A program made the position numbers and the translations under genes. Positions 19,907 to 29,340 of a DNA stretch of 64,000 nucleotides are shown piece by piece. Where the stretch lies: NCBI GenBank assembly GCA_964291655.2, contig OZ219802.1, positions 832,001 through 896,000 of the forward strand, in the 5' to 3' direction. The notes under the pieces were generated by a model. That model was not told the DNA's origin. It saw nothing but the letters and a program-made list of their open reading frames with translations, and did not search any database. This DNA comes from Chloroflexota bacterium (GTDB lineage Bacteria; Chloroflexota; UBA11872; VXOZ01). How positions within the stretch are numbered: position 1 is the first letter of the stretch; every line of letters starts with the position of its first letter.

Positions 19907-20650
19907 CTAGATGGTCACAGGCACAGGCTGCGCCGCGGGGGAAAGCTCGAAAAGCTTGCCGTAGCCGGGTATCGCCGCAGTATGGCCCAACGCACGCAGG
20001 CACTGCCAGTACGTCGCCTGGTTGCTCGTTACAACCGGAATGCCCAGGTCTTCTTCAAGGGCCTGGATGACGTCCATGGTACGGAGATTGGTACAACTAA
20101 TGAAAAGCGCGTCGGCACTCTCTGCCACGTGATCGCGGGCAAAGCGGTAGGTTTCCTCCAGGGGAACAACGCCGATGTCGAACGCCGTCAGAATGCTCAT
20201 GCCGGACTGGCTGACCACGTCGAAGCCCCAATCCTGCAGGAACTTGACCTCAAGGTCATTCAATTCAGGAATGTACGGAGTGACCATGGCAACGCGCTGT
20301 GCGTCTAGAGCGCGCAGGGCCCCCGCGACCGCGCCGGCAGTAGTCACTGCCTCGATATTGCTGCCGCCCCGCAACCGTTCGCGCAATGCCTCTTCACCGT
20401 CAGCGCCCTCGAAGAAACTGCCTGCGGTGCAGGCAAACGCGATTGCGTCGACGTTCGCGCTGAGCAACTCATCAACGCCGCGATCGACGTGCGCGCACAT
20501 CTGCGCCATGTCGTCCGCATCCGAGCGGGAATTGCGCATGCGAGTGGCATAAACGGCAAAGCCGTCAGGCAGCAATGCGCAACCTTCCGGCTCCACCACC
20601 GTGTTTACCGACGGTACAAGCAGACCGATGCGTCCACGCCATCCAAACAT
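19907..20650 (-). CDS. Maleate cis-trans isomerase / Asp-Glu racemase family protein
   Basis: RIGLLVPSVNTVVEPE, both catalytic Cys present (FACTAGS, ISCTNL), VVTSNQA; GGAGGAG RBS before ATG 20650. Confidence 0.88.
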   Translation of the reverse strand: MFGWRGRIGLLVPSVNTVVEPEGCALLPDGFAVYATRMRNSRSDADDMAQMCAHVDRGVDELLSANVDAIAFACTAGSFFEGADGEEALRERLRGGSNIEAVTTAGAVAGALRALDAQRVAMVTPYIPELNDLEVKFLQDWGFDVVSQSGMSILTAFDIGVVPLEETYRFARDHVAESADALFISCTNLRTMDVIQALEEDLGIPVVTSNQATYWQCLRALGHTAAIPGYGKLFELSPAAQPVPVTI

Positions 20651-20881
20651 GCCAACTCCTCCATTCAATTGGTTCTTTGACGCCTTCAAAGGCTAAGAAC
20701 TCGCGTTAGACTCAGTTCATTGAAGCAAGAAAAAGCGTGTGCACGACATGCCACTCACCAGGAATGCTGTTTGAGCATCATCTACCGCACTCCGCCTGTC
20801 TTTCGCTCTCCCTGAGCGCATTTGCTACACCGATGATAGCGCAGCAAACTTGCCAAAACAACCTGTGTTGCTAAGCTTCGG

Positions 20882-20910
20882 TTGTCGCTAGCTTTCATGC
20901 ACCATACAAT
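20882..20910 (+). promoter_or_regulatory. Putative sigma70 promoter upstream of the ychF-like gene
   Basis: TTGTCG-N17-TACAAT. Confidence 0.55.
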
Positions 20911-21122
20911 ACGTAACGGATGCCAGGCTGTGGACGCGTGCTAACAGGCCACGCAGACGCGTAAGAGTACGGCCGCACTCTCCTGGCACCCATGCTGCTT
21001 TGGGCGAATCTTCTCCTTCTCCTTGGGGAGAGGGCCGGAGTGAGGGGGACGTTTACTGAGTCCCGGCCAAACTCCTCCAGCCAAACTCACTTTTGCAAGG
21101 GAAACTAAAGGATAGAATCCGG

Positions 21123-22187
21123 ATGCAGATTGGCATAGTTGGGTTGCCGTTCTCCGGCAAGACCACAGTTTTCACTGCCCTTGCCGGCGATGCGTCGGAA
21201 CAGAGCCACCAGTCCCACGGCTTGGAACCAACCCTCGCCACCGTGCGCCTGCCCGATGCCCGCCTCGAGGCGCTCTGTACCCTGTTCGCAACTGAACTGT
21301 GCATCCCCACTGAGGTGCAGTACCTGGATTTTCCCGGCGCCGGATTCGGCAGGCAAGAAAAGGATGCCGCCTGGGTAGGCACGCTCCGCACCGTAGATGC
21401 CCTGCTCATTGTCATTGGCGCCTTCAGCGGCACCCAAGACCCCAGCGACGAACTTGAGAGCATTCATCTCGATCTCGTCTTGCCTGACCTGCAAATCGTG
21501 GAAAGCCGACTGGAGCGGCTCGCGTTGCAATGGCGCACGGCCCCCGCAGCCGAACGCCTCCAACTTGAGCGCGAACAGAGTCTCTTGGAACGCATACAAA
21601 GCGCGCTGGAGCAGGGCGTGCCGGTACGGGCACTGGAACTCTCCGCTGACGAAATACAAGCTATCCGAGGGTACCAGCTCCTCACCATGAAGCCCACTCT
21701 CGTCGTCCTCAATCTCTCTGAGGAACAGATGGCGCAGGCTGAAGAATTGGCCACGAACGTACGCGCCACTTACGCCCACGCGCAGACGACAGTGTTAGGC
21801 CTCTGCGCGCAACTGGAAATGGAAATCGCGCAACTGCCGCCGGCAGAGGCCGAGCTTTTTCGCGAGGACTTAGACCTCGCAGAAGCGGGCGCGGCACGGG
21901 TCGTGCGCGAGTCGCATGCGCTCTTGGGCCTGATCCATTTCTTCACCATGAACGAACAAGAGGTGCGCGCGTGGGCGATTCCGCAAGGCACTAGAGCGCA
22001 AGACGCCGCCGGCAAGATCCACACCGACATGGCGCGGGGTTTCGTCCGAGCGGAAGTGATTCCCTGGGACCAGTTGGTCGAGAACAACGGGTACGGCGAT
22101 GCGCGCAAGCACGGGCTCGTGCGCCAGGAAGGCCGGGATTACGTCGTTCAAGACGGCGACGTGCTCTATATACTCTTCACGCGGTAA
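21123..22187 (+). CDS. YchF/Obg-like ATPase with C-terminal DUF933/TGS domain (divergent paralog)
   Basis: GIVGLPFSGKTT P-loop, DFPG, LLTMKP..VVLN, AAGKIHTDMARGFVRAEV, EGRDYVVQDGD. Confidence 0.85.
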   Translation: MQIGIVGLPFSGKTTVFTALAGDASEQSHQSHGLEPTLATVRLPDARLEALCTLFATELCIPTEVQYLDFPGAGFGRQEKDAAWVGTLRTVDALLIVIGAFSGTQDPSDELESIHLDLVLPDLQIVESRLERLALQWRTAPAAERLQLEREQSLLERIQSALEQGVPVRALELSADEIQAIRGYQLLTMKPTLVVLNLSEEQMAQAEELATNVRATYAHAQTTVLGLCAQLEMEIAQLPPAEAELFREDLDLAEAGAARVVRESHALLGLIHFFTMNEQEVRAWAIPQGTRAQDAAGKIHTDMARGFVRAEVIPWDQLVENNGYGDARKHGLVRQEGRDYVVQDGDVLYILFTR

Positions 22188-22342
22188 GGTGGCTAAAACC
22201 TGACCGTTCGCGCTGAGCTTTGCCTGTCCTGAGCTTGCCGAAGGATCACAGCGTGGCTGAACACTTGGCCGTTCGCGCTGAGCTTGTCGAAGCGTGGACC
22301 TCATTCCAAACGCGCAAGTAAGACACTTGGATTGGCAAGTCG

Positions 22343-22371
22343 TTGTAGATGCTGGCCAGTGTTTATATAAT
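22343..22371 (+). promoter_or_regulatory. Putative sigma70 promoter of the aminotransferase gene
   Basis: TTGTAG-N17-TATAAT. Confidence 0.55.
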
Positions 22372-22418
22372 CATCTTGAGTTCTCTTCCTTCTCTTAGCA
22401 TCTGGAGGCAATCCGCTC

Positions 22419-23582
22419 GTGGCACCCCCAAGCTCCGCGCAGGCAGTAGCCAACCGAATATTGGAATTGACCCCATCCCCTACCATGGCCATGGATGCCA
22501 AGGCCAAAGCCATGGTGCGGTCTGGCATTGATGTCATCAATCTCTCTGTGGGCGAACCGGATTTTGATACGCCGGAACACATCAAAGCGGCTGCCATAGC
22601 CGCGATCCAGGATGGATTCAACAAATACACCCCGGCCGGCGGCATCCCTGAACTCAAAGAGGCCATTGCCGAGAAGCTCTCCCGGGAAAACGGTGTTGAC
22701 TATAGCCCAAGTGAGGTGGTTGCCTGCGTCGGCGGCAAGCAGGCCGTGTGCAACGTCTTTCTCGCGATCTGCGATCCCGGCGATGAGGTTATCGTGCACG
22801 CGCCGACCTGGCCGACCTTCCTCGAGCAAGTCAAACTGGCGCAAGGTGAGCCGGTCACCGTGCCGCTTCATTCGCCCTTCTCGATTACGGCGGACCCACT
22901 GCTCGAGCGCATCACCCCCAAGACCCGGGCCATTCTCCTCAACTCGCCGTGCAACCCCACCGGCGAGGTAGCTGATCCTGCGGAGATCCGCAAACTGGCC
23001 GAAGCATGCGTGGAACGGGGCATCTACTTCATCGCGGACGAGACCTACGAGCACTTTCTCTACGGCGATACTGAGCACCTGTCGCCCGCCTCAATGGGAC
23101 CGGACGAGAAAGCCCACGTAATCACCGTAAATACCGTATCGAAGACGTACGCCATGACCGGCTGGCGCTTGGGCTACGTGGCCGGGCCGGAACCGGTGGT
23201 CAAGGCGATCAACGACCTGATGACACAGATCACGAGTAATCCGACGGCTGCCGCCCAAAAGGCCGCCATTGCCGCCCTCACCGGACCGCAAGACTGCGTG
23301 CGGGAGATGGTCGCTGAGTTTAGCGCCCGTCGCACATTGCTTGTAGAAGGGCTGCGCTCAATTGGCTATACCTGCTCGCTGCCGGGCGGCGCATTCTACG
23401 CTTTCCCGCAAGTCAGAGGGGATGAAGAAGACATGGCGGTTGCCGACCGCCTCTTGGAAGAAGCCCACGTCGCCACCGTGCCGGGGTCGTCGTTCCTCGC
23501 CGACGGCCACCTGCGCATGTCGTACGCCACCAGCCGCGAGAAGCTGCAGGAAGCCCTCGAACGGCTGCGAAAGCTAATGTAA
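22419..23582 (+). CDS. Class I/II PLP aminotransferase (aspartate aminotransferase-like)
   Basis: GEPDFDTP, NSPCNPTG, ADETY, SKTYAMTGWRLGY, GAFY, LRMSYA. Confidence 0.93.
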   Translation: MAPPSSAQAVANRILELTPSPTMAMDAKAKAMVRSGIDVINLSVGEPDFDTPEHIKAAAIAAIQDGFNKYTPAGGIPELKEAIAEKLSRENGVDYSPSEVVACVGGKQAVCNVFLAICDPGDEVIVHAPTWPTFLEQVKLAQGEPVTVPLHSPFSITADPLLERITPKTRAILLNSPCNPTGEVADPAEIRKLAEACVERGIYFIADETYEHFLYGDTEHLSPASMGPDEKAHVITVNTVSKTYAMTGWRLGYVAGPEPVVKAINDLMTQITSNPTAAAQKAAIAALTGPQDCVREMVAEFSARRTLLVEGLRSIGYTCSLPGGAFYAFPQVRGDEEDMAVADRLLEEAHVATVPGSSFLADGHLRMSYATSREKLQEALERLRKLM

Positions 23583-23609
23583 GCGAATGGCATAGCGAGC
23601 AATGCTCCT

Positions 23610-23851
23610 GCGTCCCAAGGATTGCGGTCGGTCGCTTGGACAGCTTCAAGATCAGGTGCTCCCGTGCTGATGGCGGCTTATCGGCCGAATAGCGCACGAG
23701 CAAATGGAAGAGCTTCCAGGCGGATGTTGGCTCGGGAGACGAGACTGCGGACGTCGGTCATGTGGCCGTGAGGGAGCTGCCCACCTTGGAGGAGGACGCT
23801 AGTCAACCATTCAGGAGTGGTCTGCTCCGGGATGGTGAGTAGTTGGGAGAT
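23610..23851 (-). pseudogene. Frameshifted N-terminal fragment of a phosphotransferase-like gene
   Basis: Manual translation ISQLLTIPEQTTPEWLTSVLLQGGQLPHGHMTDV, continuing in another frame as FHLLVRYSADKPPSAREHLILKLS; resembles TPEWLT...L.Y..d.p..AP..L.LK starts of APH/EcKinase-like proteins. Confidence 0.5.
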
Positions 23852-24276
23852 CGTAGCTGTTTCCCCCCGGAAGGTCGTCGTAGCGCCTCAGTACATGAGG
23901 TGCCGCCCCACCTGGTGGCTCTCAGCGGAGCATTCGTCCTGGGGGCCGAGTTGCCACAGAGCGCACAGCGAGGGGGCTGTCAGCATCAGGGGGATGCAGG
24001 ATGGGAGGATGAGCAGTATAGTGGAGATACCATCACGGCGGCGGAAGCCAAAGTCCAGGGGGCCGGGGCACGCTTCACCACACCCCGACACAAAAACCTA
24101 CCTCGCCATTCCCGCGCACGCAGGAATCCAGCGCCGTAGGGGTGTCTCTTGTGGGCGCCCTGGCTGCGGCCGGGGTCTGGGTCAATCACCTGGGTTGCCC
24201 CTGCAGCGGCGACACCTATCCGATGGAGGTGGCCGGGGAAGAGCACCGCTAGGCGAGAATGCACGTAGCACTTCAA

Positions 24277-24305
24277 TTGACAGCAGCAAGGATGGTGCGT
24301 ACATT
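24277..24305 (+). promoter_or_regulatory. Putative sigma70 promoter
   Basis: TTGACA-N17-TACATT upstream of the phosphotransferase. Confidence 0.6.
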
Positions 24306-24427
24306 TTATGCCGCCCCGGAATGAGGTGTTTGCCTAGACATAGGGACATGTTTTCCGAGGAATGGGAGCAAGCCTTGATAGTAGGAGAGGAGCTCTGTCA
24401 TCTGCTTGCTGTGGCGCAGAAACCCGT

Positions 24428-25360
24428 ATGACTGATCCGGCAATCATTCGTGCCGCTTTGACTGCATATGGCCTTGATGGCGCCTCAATCGAGTTGCTGC
24501 AAGACTTCGTCAATGCGTCCTTTCGCGTCGCGGTTGGTGACCAGGCTTACTCTCTGCGCGTCTACGCACCGGATCGCCGTGAGCTCCCGGAAGTGGAGTC
24601 GGAAATGCGTTGGCTGGCAGCGGTTGCCGCGGACAGCGTGATTCCATGCCCCCGACCACTGCGTCTGGCGGATGGTCACTACGCTTGGGAAGCTCCCGGC
24701 GTATGCTTCGTGACCGTGGCCTCCTGGGTTGAAGGCGGCCTGATCCCCAATGCCGAACGGACACCGGCACACTTCGGGCTTGTCGGAGCAATGCTTGCAA
24801 AGCTCCACCTCTTCTCCGAGCGGTGGCAGGCGCCGGTCGGATTCACGCGACCACGCTGTGACGCCGACGGTATCTTCGCCGGGGATCGTCAGGAGCTCGA
24901 TGCCACGCTGAGGTGTGATCTGGCGCGAGCCCAGCAAGAACTGCGGCAGGCGGAGGATGCAATCGGCCGAGACGCCGCAGCTTACGGCCTCGTTCACGGC
25001 GATCCGAGCTTCAGCAACATCCTGTTCGACGTCGACCGGCCGGCCCTCATTGACTTTGACGACTGCGGTTTCGGACACTACGCCTTCGACCTCGCGGTGG
25101 TGCTGGCAGGGGCGTGGGGCAAGCCGAGGTACGCTGTAAATCGAGTCGCGCTTCTCGACGGTTACCAGGAGATCCGCAGACTATCGGAAGTGGAGCGCGC
25201 GGCTCTCCCCGCTCTGATGGCCGCGCGTGCAGCGTCCCTCATCTTCTGGGCCGCCGCCCAGTCAACACCTGAACACAACTGGATATCCGCCCAGTGGGAG
25301 CGGCTACGGGAGTACTTGGAAGGCGCGGCTCCAATGCCGCTCAATCCCCATCAGGAGTAG
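24428..25360 (+). CDS. APH/homoserine kinase type II family phosphotransferase
   Basis: YSLRVY, LAKLH, VHGDPSFSNIL, IDFDD and YAFDLA motifs. Confidence 0.88.
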   Translation: MTDPAIIRAALTAYGLDGASIELLQDFVNASFRVAVGDQAYSLRVYAPDRRELPEVESEMRWLAAVAADSVIPCPRPLRLADGHYAWEAPGVCFVTVASWVEGGLIPNAERTPAHFGLVGAMLAKLHLFSERWQAPVGFTRPRCDADGIFAGDRQELDATLRCDLARAQQELRQAEDAIGRDAAAYGLVHGDPSFSNILFDVDRPALIDFDDCGFGHYAFDLAVVLAGAWGKPRYAVNRVALLDGYQEIRRLSEVERAALPALMAARAASLIFWAAAQSTPEHNWISAQWERLREYLEGAAPMPLNPHQE

Positions 25361-25454
25361 CGCGGGGGCTTGTCCCCCACCTCCTGGCATGAGAGGCTAT
25401 GTCCGAAACCGCCTGTTTCTTTAAGCATAAACACGCTGGAAGTGGAGGCAAACC

Positions 25455-26594
25455 ATGAAGATCAGCGACGTCCAAACCCATATTGTAAGTGGCGGCACGC
25501 GCAACTACACATTCGTCACCGTCACCGAGGAGAACGGCCTCTACGGCATTGGCGAGTCCGGCTGCTCCGGCAAGGACAAGGCCGTGGCGGCGGCCGTGGA
25601 GCACTACCGGCCGCTGCTCATCGGCCAGGACCCCGCGCGCATCGAGCACATCTGGCAGGACCACTTTCGCGGCAACTTCTGGCGGGCGGGCCCGGTGCTC
25701 ACAGCGGCCATTTCGGCCCTCGACATCGCCCTCTGGGACTTGCTTGGCAAGGCCCTCGAGGTGCCAACCTACCAACTGCTCGGCGGCAAGACCCGCGACA
25801 AAGTGCGTTGTTACGCCCATTTTGGCGGCGGGACCGACAGCCCGGAGTCTTTTGCGCAGTCCGCGCAAGCGCGCGTGGATGAAGGCTTCGAAGTGGTGCG
25901 GTTCGGCCTGCCGACCGATCCGGGCGACATTCTGGAACCGGCGCGGGCAGTGTGCAATGCGGTGGAAGCCTTCCAAGCCGTGCGTGAGACCGTGGGGCAT
26001 GAGATTGAAATCGCCCTCGACGTGCATACGCGCCTCAACCCGACGTGGGCAATCCAGTTATGTAAACGACTTGAGCCGCTCCGTCCCTTCTTCATCGAAG
26101 ACCCCATTCGCTCGGAGAACCCGCAATCATTCGCTAATTTGCGCCACCACACCAGCGTGCCCATCGCCACCGGCGAGCAGCTTATCACCAAGTGGCAGTT
26201 CCGCGAGCTCATCGAGAACGAACTGATCGACTACATGCGCGCCGACCTCGGTCTTGTCGGTGGAATCACTGAAGGCAAGAAGATCGCCGCTATGAGCGAG
26301 GTGCACTACATCGACTCGGCTCTGCACAATCCGCTGGGCCCTGTGAACACCGCCGCCAGCGTGCAGCTTGATATGTGCATTCCCAACTTCGGCATTCAGG
26401 AACTTTCCATGGTTCCACCGGCCATGACCGACATCTTCCCCACCCAGTGCCGTGTGGAGGCCGGACACCTCTATCCCGCCGACGTGCCTGGGATTGGCAT
26501 CGAGTTCAACGCCGAGGCAGCAAAACAGTACCCGTATCAGTACTGGGAACACGCCCGGCTACACCGGGACGACGGTTCACTCACAGACTGGTAA
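25455..26594 (+). CDS. Mandelate racemase/muconate lactonizing enzyme family dehydratase (DgoD-like)
   Basis: SALDIALWDLLGK, LDVHTR, FIEDP, ATGE, HNPLGP, IQE; GGAGG RBS. Confidence 0.92.
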   Translation: MKISDVQTHIVSGGTRNYTFVTVTEENGLYGIGESGCSGKDKAVAAAVEHYRPLLIGQDPARIEHIWQDHFRGNFWRAGPVLTAAISALDIALWDLLGKALEVPTYQLLGGKTRDKVRCYAHFGGGTDSPESFAQSAQARVDEGFEVVRFGLPTDPGDILEPARAVCNAVEAFQAVRETVGHEIEIALDVHTRLNPTWAIQLCKRLEPLRPFFIEDPIRSENPQSFANLRHHTSVPIATGEQLITKWQFRELIENELIDYMRADLGLVGGITEGKKIAAMSEVHYIDSALHNPLGPVNTAASVQLDMCIPNFGIQELSMVPPAMTDIFPTQCRVEAGHLYPADVPGIGIEFNAEAAKQYPYQYWEHARLHRDDGSLTDW

Positions 26595-26648
26595 AGCAAG
26601 GGAGCGAACGTACGCAGCCTATCTCGGAAGAACAGCCGATAAGGACCG

Positions 26649-27668
26649 CTATCCGTTGGCTACTACGATTTCAGCGCCTGCACGTACATGGCACGTGAAG
26701 CGCACACGCCCTTCACCGGCCGCAGTGACATTTGCAATGCCATCCGGCCCTTGAATGTGCACGGGTCCAGGATCTTCAGCAAAGGAGACGAGAAACGTCA
26801 GCTCACCCTTCTCAATCTGCAGCGGCAGTTGCGGGAAATCCAGCGTGATGGTGGCATGGGTATCCGAATCCTGCGTGACCGCTGGCGCGCAGTGGCGCCG
26901 CAGGTAGGCATAGCGCACGACGTCGTCCGGATTCGCGGCCCACATGTTGGCGCCAAAATGCGTCCGCATTTGGTCGAAACGCCCCTCCAGCGCGTAGGGC
27001 GAGATGCACTTGTGTCCCTGCGGCGTCTTGTACATGACCAGGTGCGTGACATCCACCAGCCACTTGCCCTGCACGCGCTCCGGTTCGAACCCGCCGCGCG
27101 AGAGCCACGGAGGCAGGTATGCTATGGCGTCGTCCTCGCACAGGCGGTTGCGCCAGATGCTGAACGGATCGAAGTCCGGCTGGTTTACATGTTCCGCGTC
27201 GTTGGAGGCGCGTGTCAGACCGAGATAGCCCGGCACGCGTTGCACCCACGCCCGCACCGTGTCGTAGACCTCGAAGCTATTCCACGATGAGAAGATCGGC
27301 GCCGGCTGTCCCAGCGCCTGTTCCAGGATGCGGTAGGACTCCACGATCTCCTGTGCAAAATCGATGCTGTCCGGTTCGCGCAACGGCGGATGGCAATAGC
27401 TGTGGTTGCTGATGCTCCAACCCTGCGACAGAAGAAACTTGAGGTGGTCCGGCCCCATGTGGAAAAAGTCGTTGAGGGAACTGCGCTCGACGTGGCGCTT
27501 TTCTCCCAGTTGCCCGGCCACCACCGCCACGTCGCCGGGAATGTCGTACTGCTGCGCGAGGGGAAACGCGTTGGCCAAACAGTCGATGGTGCCCTCGTCA
27601 AAGACCACCGAGTAGACGAAGCTGGCGTCGTCTTTCCAGGGGGCCACCTCTACGGACGAAATCCTCAT
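26649..27668 (-). CDS. Polysaccharide deacetylase (NodB-like) family protein
   Basis: VVFDEG and WSISNHSYCHP metal motifs; GAAGGAG RBS before ATG 27668. Confidence 0.7.
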   Translation of the reverse strand: MRISSVEVAPWKDDASFVYSVVFDEGTIDCLANAFPLAQQYDIPGDVAVVAGQLGEKRHVERSSLNDFFHMGPDHLKFLLSQGWSISNHSYCHPPLREPDSIDFAQEIVESYRILEQALGQPAPIFSSWNSFEVYDTVRAWVQRVPGYLGLTRASNDAEHVNQPDFDPFSIWRNRLCEDDAIAYLPPWLSRGGFEPERVQGKWLVDVTHLVMYKTPQGHKCISPYALEGRFDQMRTHFGANMWAANPDDVVRYAYLRRHCAPAVTQDSDTHATITLDFPQLPLQIEKGELTFLVSFAEDPGPVHIQGPDGIANVTAAGEGRVRFTCHVRAGAEIVVANG

Positions 27669-27923
27669 CGCAACTCCTTCTCGCCATGAACTTCGTGGCT
27701 CTGACGGCATACAGCGAGCGTGGGCTCAGCACAGCTTGCTGTCACTACTATGAGAGTAGCCGCTACAGACGGTCTTGTTCCGGTAGCGTAGGTTTGCAAC
27801 CTGCGCTCGCTGCCCAAATGCCGGAAGTATACTAACTCTTACCCGAACCCGCTTTGGGACGGAATTCACTGCTACCCACGCTGCCTGGACTCCGGCTTTC
27901 GCCGTCCTACGCGTCTTCCAAGA

Positions 27924-29264
27924 CTAAGATATCCGCGCCGAGTCGTAGACGCCCGCCATGCCCAGATCCAGCGGGTTTACCTGCACCCAGACCTCTTCCG
28001 GCTGCGCGTCGTCTTTCAACTCCAGCGAGACCGAGACCCGCTCCAGACCAGGCACCGGCGCAATGCAATGCCCAATTTGCCGCCGGATCAGGATGTTCGA
28101 CTCCTCGCGGGTGGCATCGGCGTCGGCAGCAGTTTTCGGGTCGCCGTTGAATGCCACTGCAAGCATCCGAGTGACATCGAATGCGCCGGTATTCTCCACT
28201 ACGATATCAGCTAGCAGCCGTCCATCTTCCCGGCGTACGCGTGATGCCTCCGTGTCAATGCGCAATCCCGCCGAAAGCTCGCCTGGTGTGAGCGAGACCG
28301 CCCGGTAGGCATCGAAGATGCCATGTCCAAGCAACGGTTCCCAGCCGGATCCCTGCGACGTATTGCGCAGAATCTGTCGAATCTCCACGTTGGAAAGGTG
28401 CGGATAGCGCGAGAACGCCAGCGCCGCGACGCCGCCGCCAAAGGCGGACGCCATGCACCCGCCCTCGAAGGGAATGTAGTCGAGGTCGCCGCCGGTTCCC
28501 CAAACTGACTCGGTGGGGTCGTCCGTATAGCGTTCGCCGCCGGGTGTGGCCGCCTCCACGTAATCCGCCGATGCCGCGATGTTCGCTGCTTGACCGTGCC
28601 GGTTCGTCGAACCGACGGCAAAGACGCTGTCAATGCCAGCATTCACGGTTGCTACCCGCCTACCGCGGTTGTCGGCCGTACCTTTGAAAACCAGGCAGCC
28701 CGATTGGTAGGCGTAGTCCAGCGCCTCGATCAGGCCGATATTGTCGTAGGGATAGCTGAAGTCGATGCCCTTGTAGAACAACGGGACGCCGTCCGTGTGG
28801 TCCATAGTGATGTAGCCATGGGGCATCACGAGCACCTTGGCGCCGTGATCGACCGCATAGCGTACGGCGCGTGGCCAGCTCTTCTGGTGATGCGGCTCGT
28901 AGCCCACGCGCAACACCATGATCGGGCACTTGGGCGCCGTCGCGGCTACTTCGCCCACGACAAACGCGTGGTGACCGCGATGATACATCGTGTCAGAGCG
29001 CGACCCCTCATATTCAAGCGTGGCGTCTTCCTCGGCAAAGTCCCAGCCGTGCACGTCGCCCCGCGTGGGCCGTGGATTGACCCACAGGTGACCCTCATGA
29101 TCGGGATGATAACGATAGCCCAGGTCTATCACCGCCACGATTACGTCAGGACTGCCCTGTGTGATGGCATGTGCTTCCGTCACACGCATCTGATCGAGCG
29201 CCCAGTCGTACGGCTCTCGCACGCCCTCCGGCAGCACGCCGCTCTGCTTCTCGGCTATGGCCAT
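27924..29264 (-). CDS. S8 subtilisin-family protein with Cys in place of the catalytic Ser
   Basis: VAVIDLG (Asp), GHHAFVVGEVAA (His), TADNRG (oxyanion Asn), EGGCMASAFGGGVAAL (nucleophile), DVHGWDF, GHGIFDA; AAGGAG RBS before ATG 29264; no signal peptide. Confidence 0.85.
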   Translation of the reverse strand: MAIAEKQSGVLPEGVREPYDWALDQMRVTEAHAITQGSPDVIVAVIDLGYRYHPDHEGHLWVNPRPTRGDVHGWDFAEEDATLEYEGSRSDTMYHRGHHAFVVGEVAATAPKCPIMVLRVGYEPHHQKSWPRAVRYAVDHGAKVLVMPHGYITMDHTDGVPLFYKGIDFSYPYDNIGLIEALDYAYQSGCLVFKGTADNRGRRVATVNAGIDSVFAVGSTNRHGQAANIAASADYVEAATPGGERYTDDPTESVWGTGGDLDYIPFEGGCMASAFGGGVAALAFSRYPHLSNVEIRQILRNTSQGSGWEPLLGHGIFDAYRAVSLTPGELSAGLRIDTEASRVRREDGRLLADIVVENTGAFDVTRMLAVAFNGDPKTAADADATREESNILIRRQIGHCIAPVPGLERVSVSLELKDDAQPEEVWVQVNPLDLGMAGVYDSARIS

Positions 29265-29340
29265 GTGACTCTCCTTTTGCGTCTGTAGAACATCAAACAA
29301 GCACGTGTTCTTGGTGAATCCGATAGTGTCGCCATTGTCC

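Noticed and set aside
20921-20992. Canonical tRNA gene
   Set aside because: No U8, no TTC T-loop and no 5-bp/7-nt anticodon arm; kept only as a tRNA-like candidate
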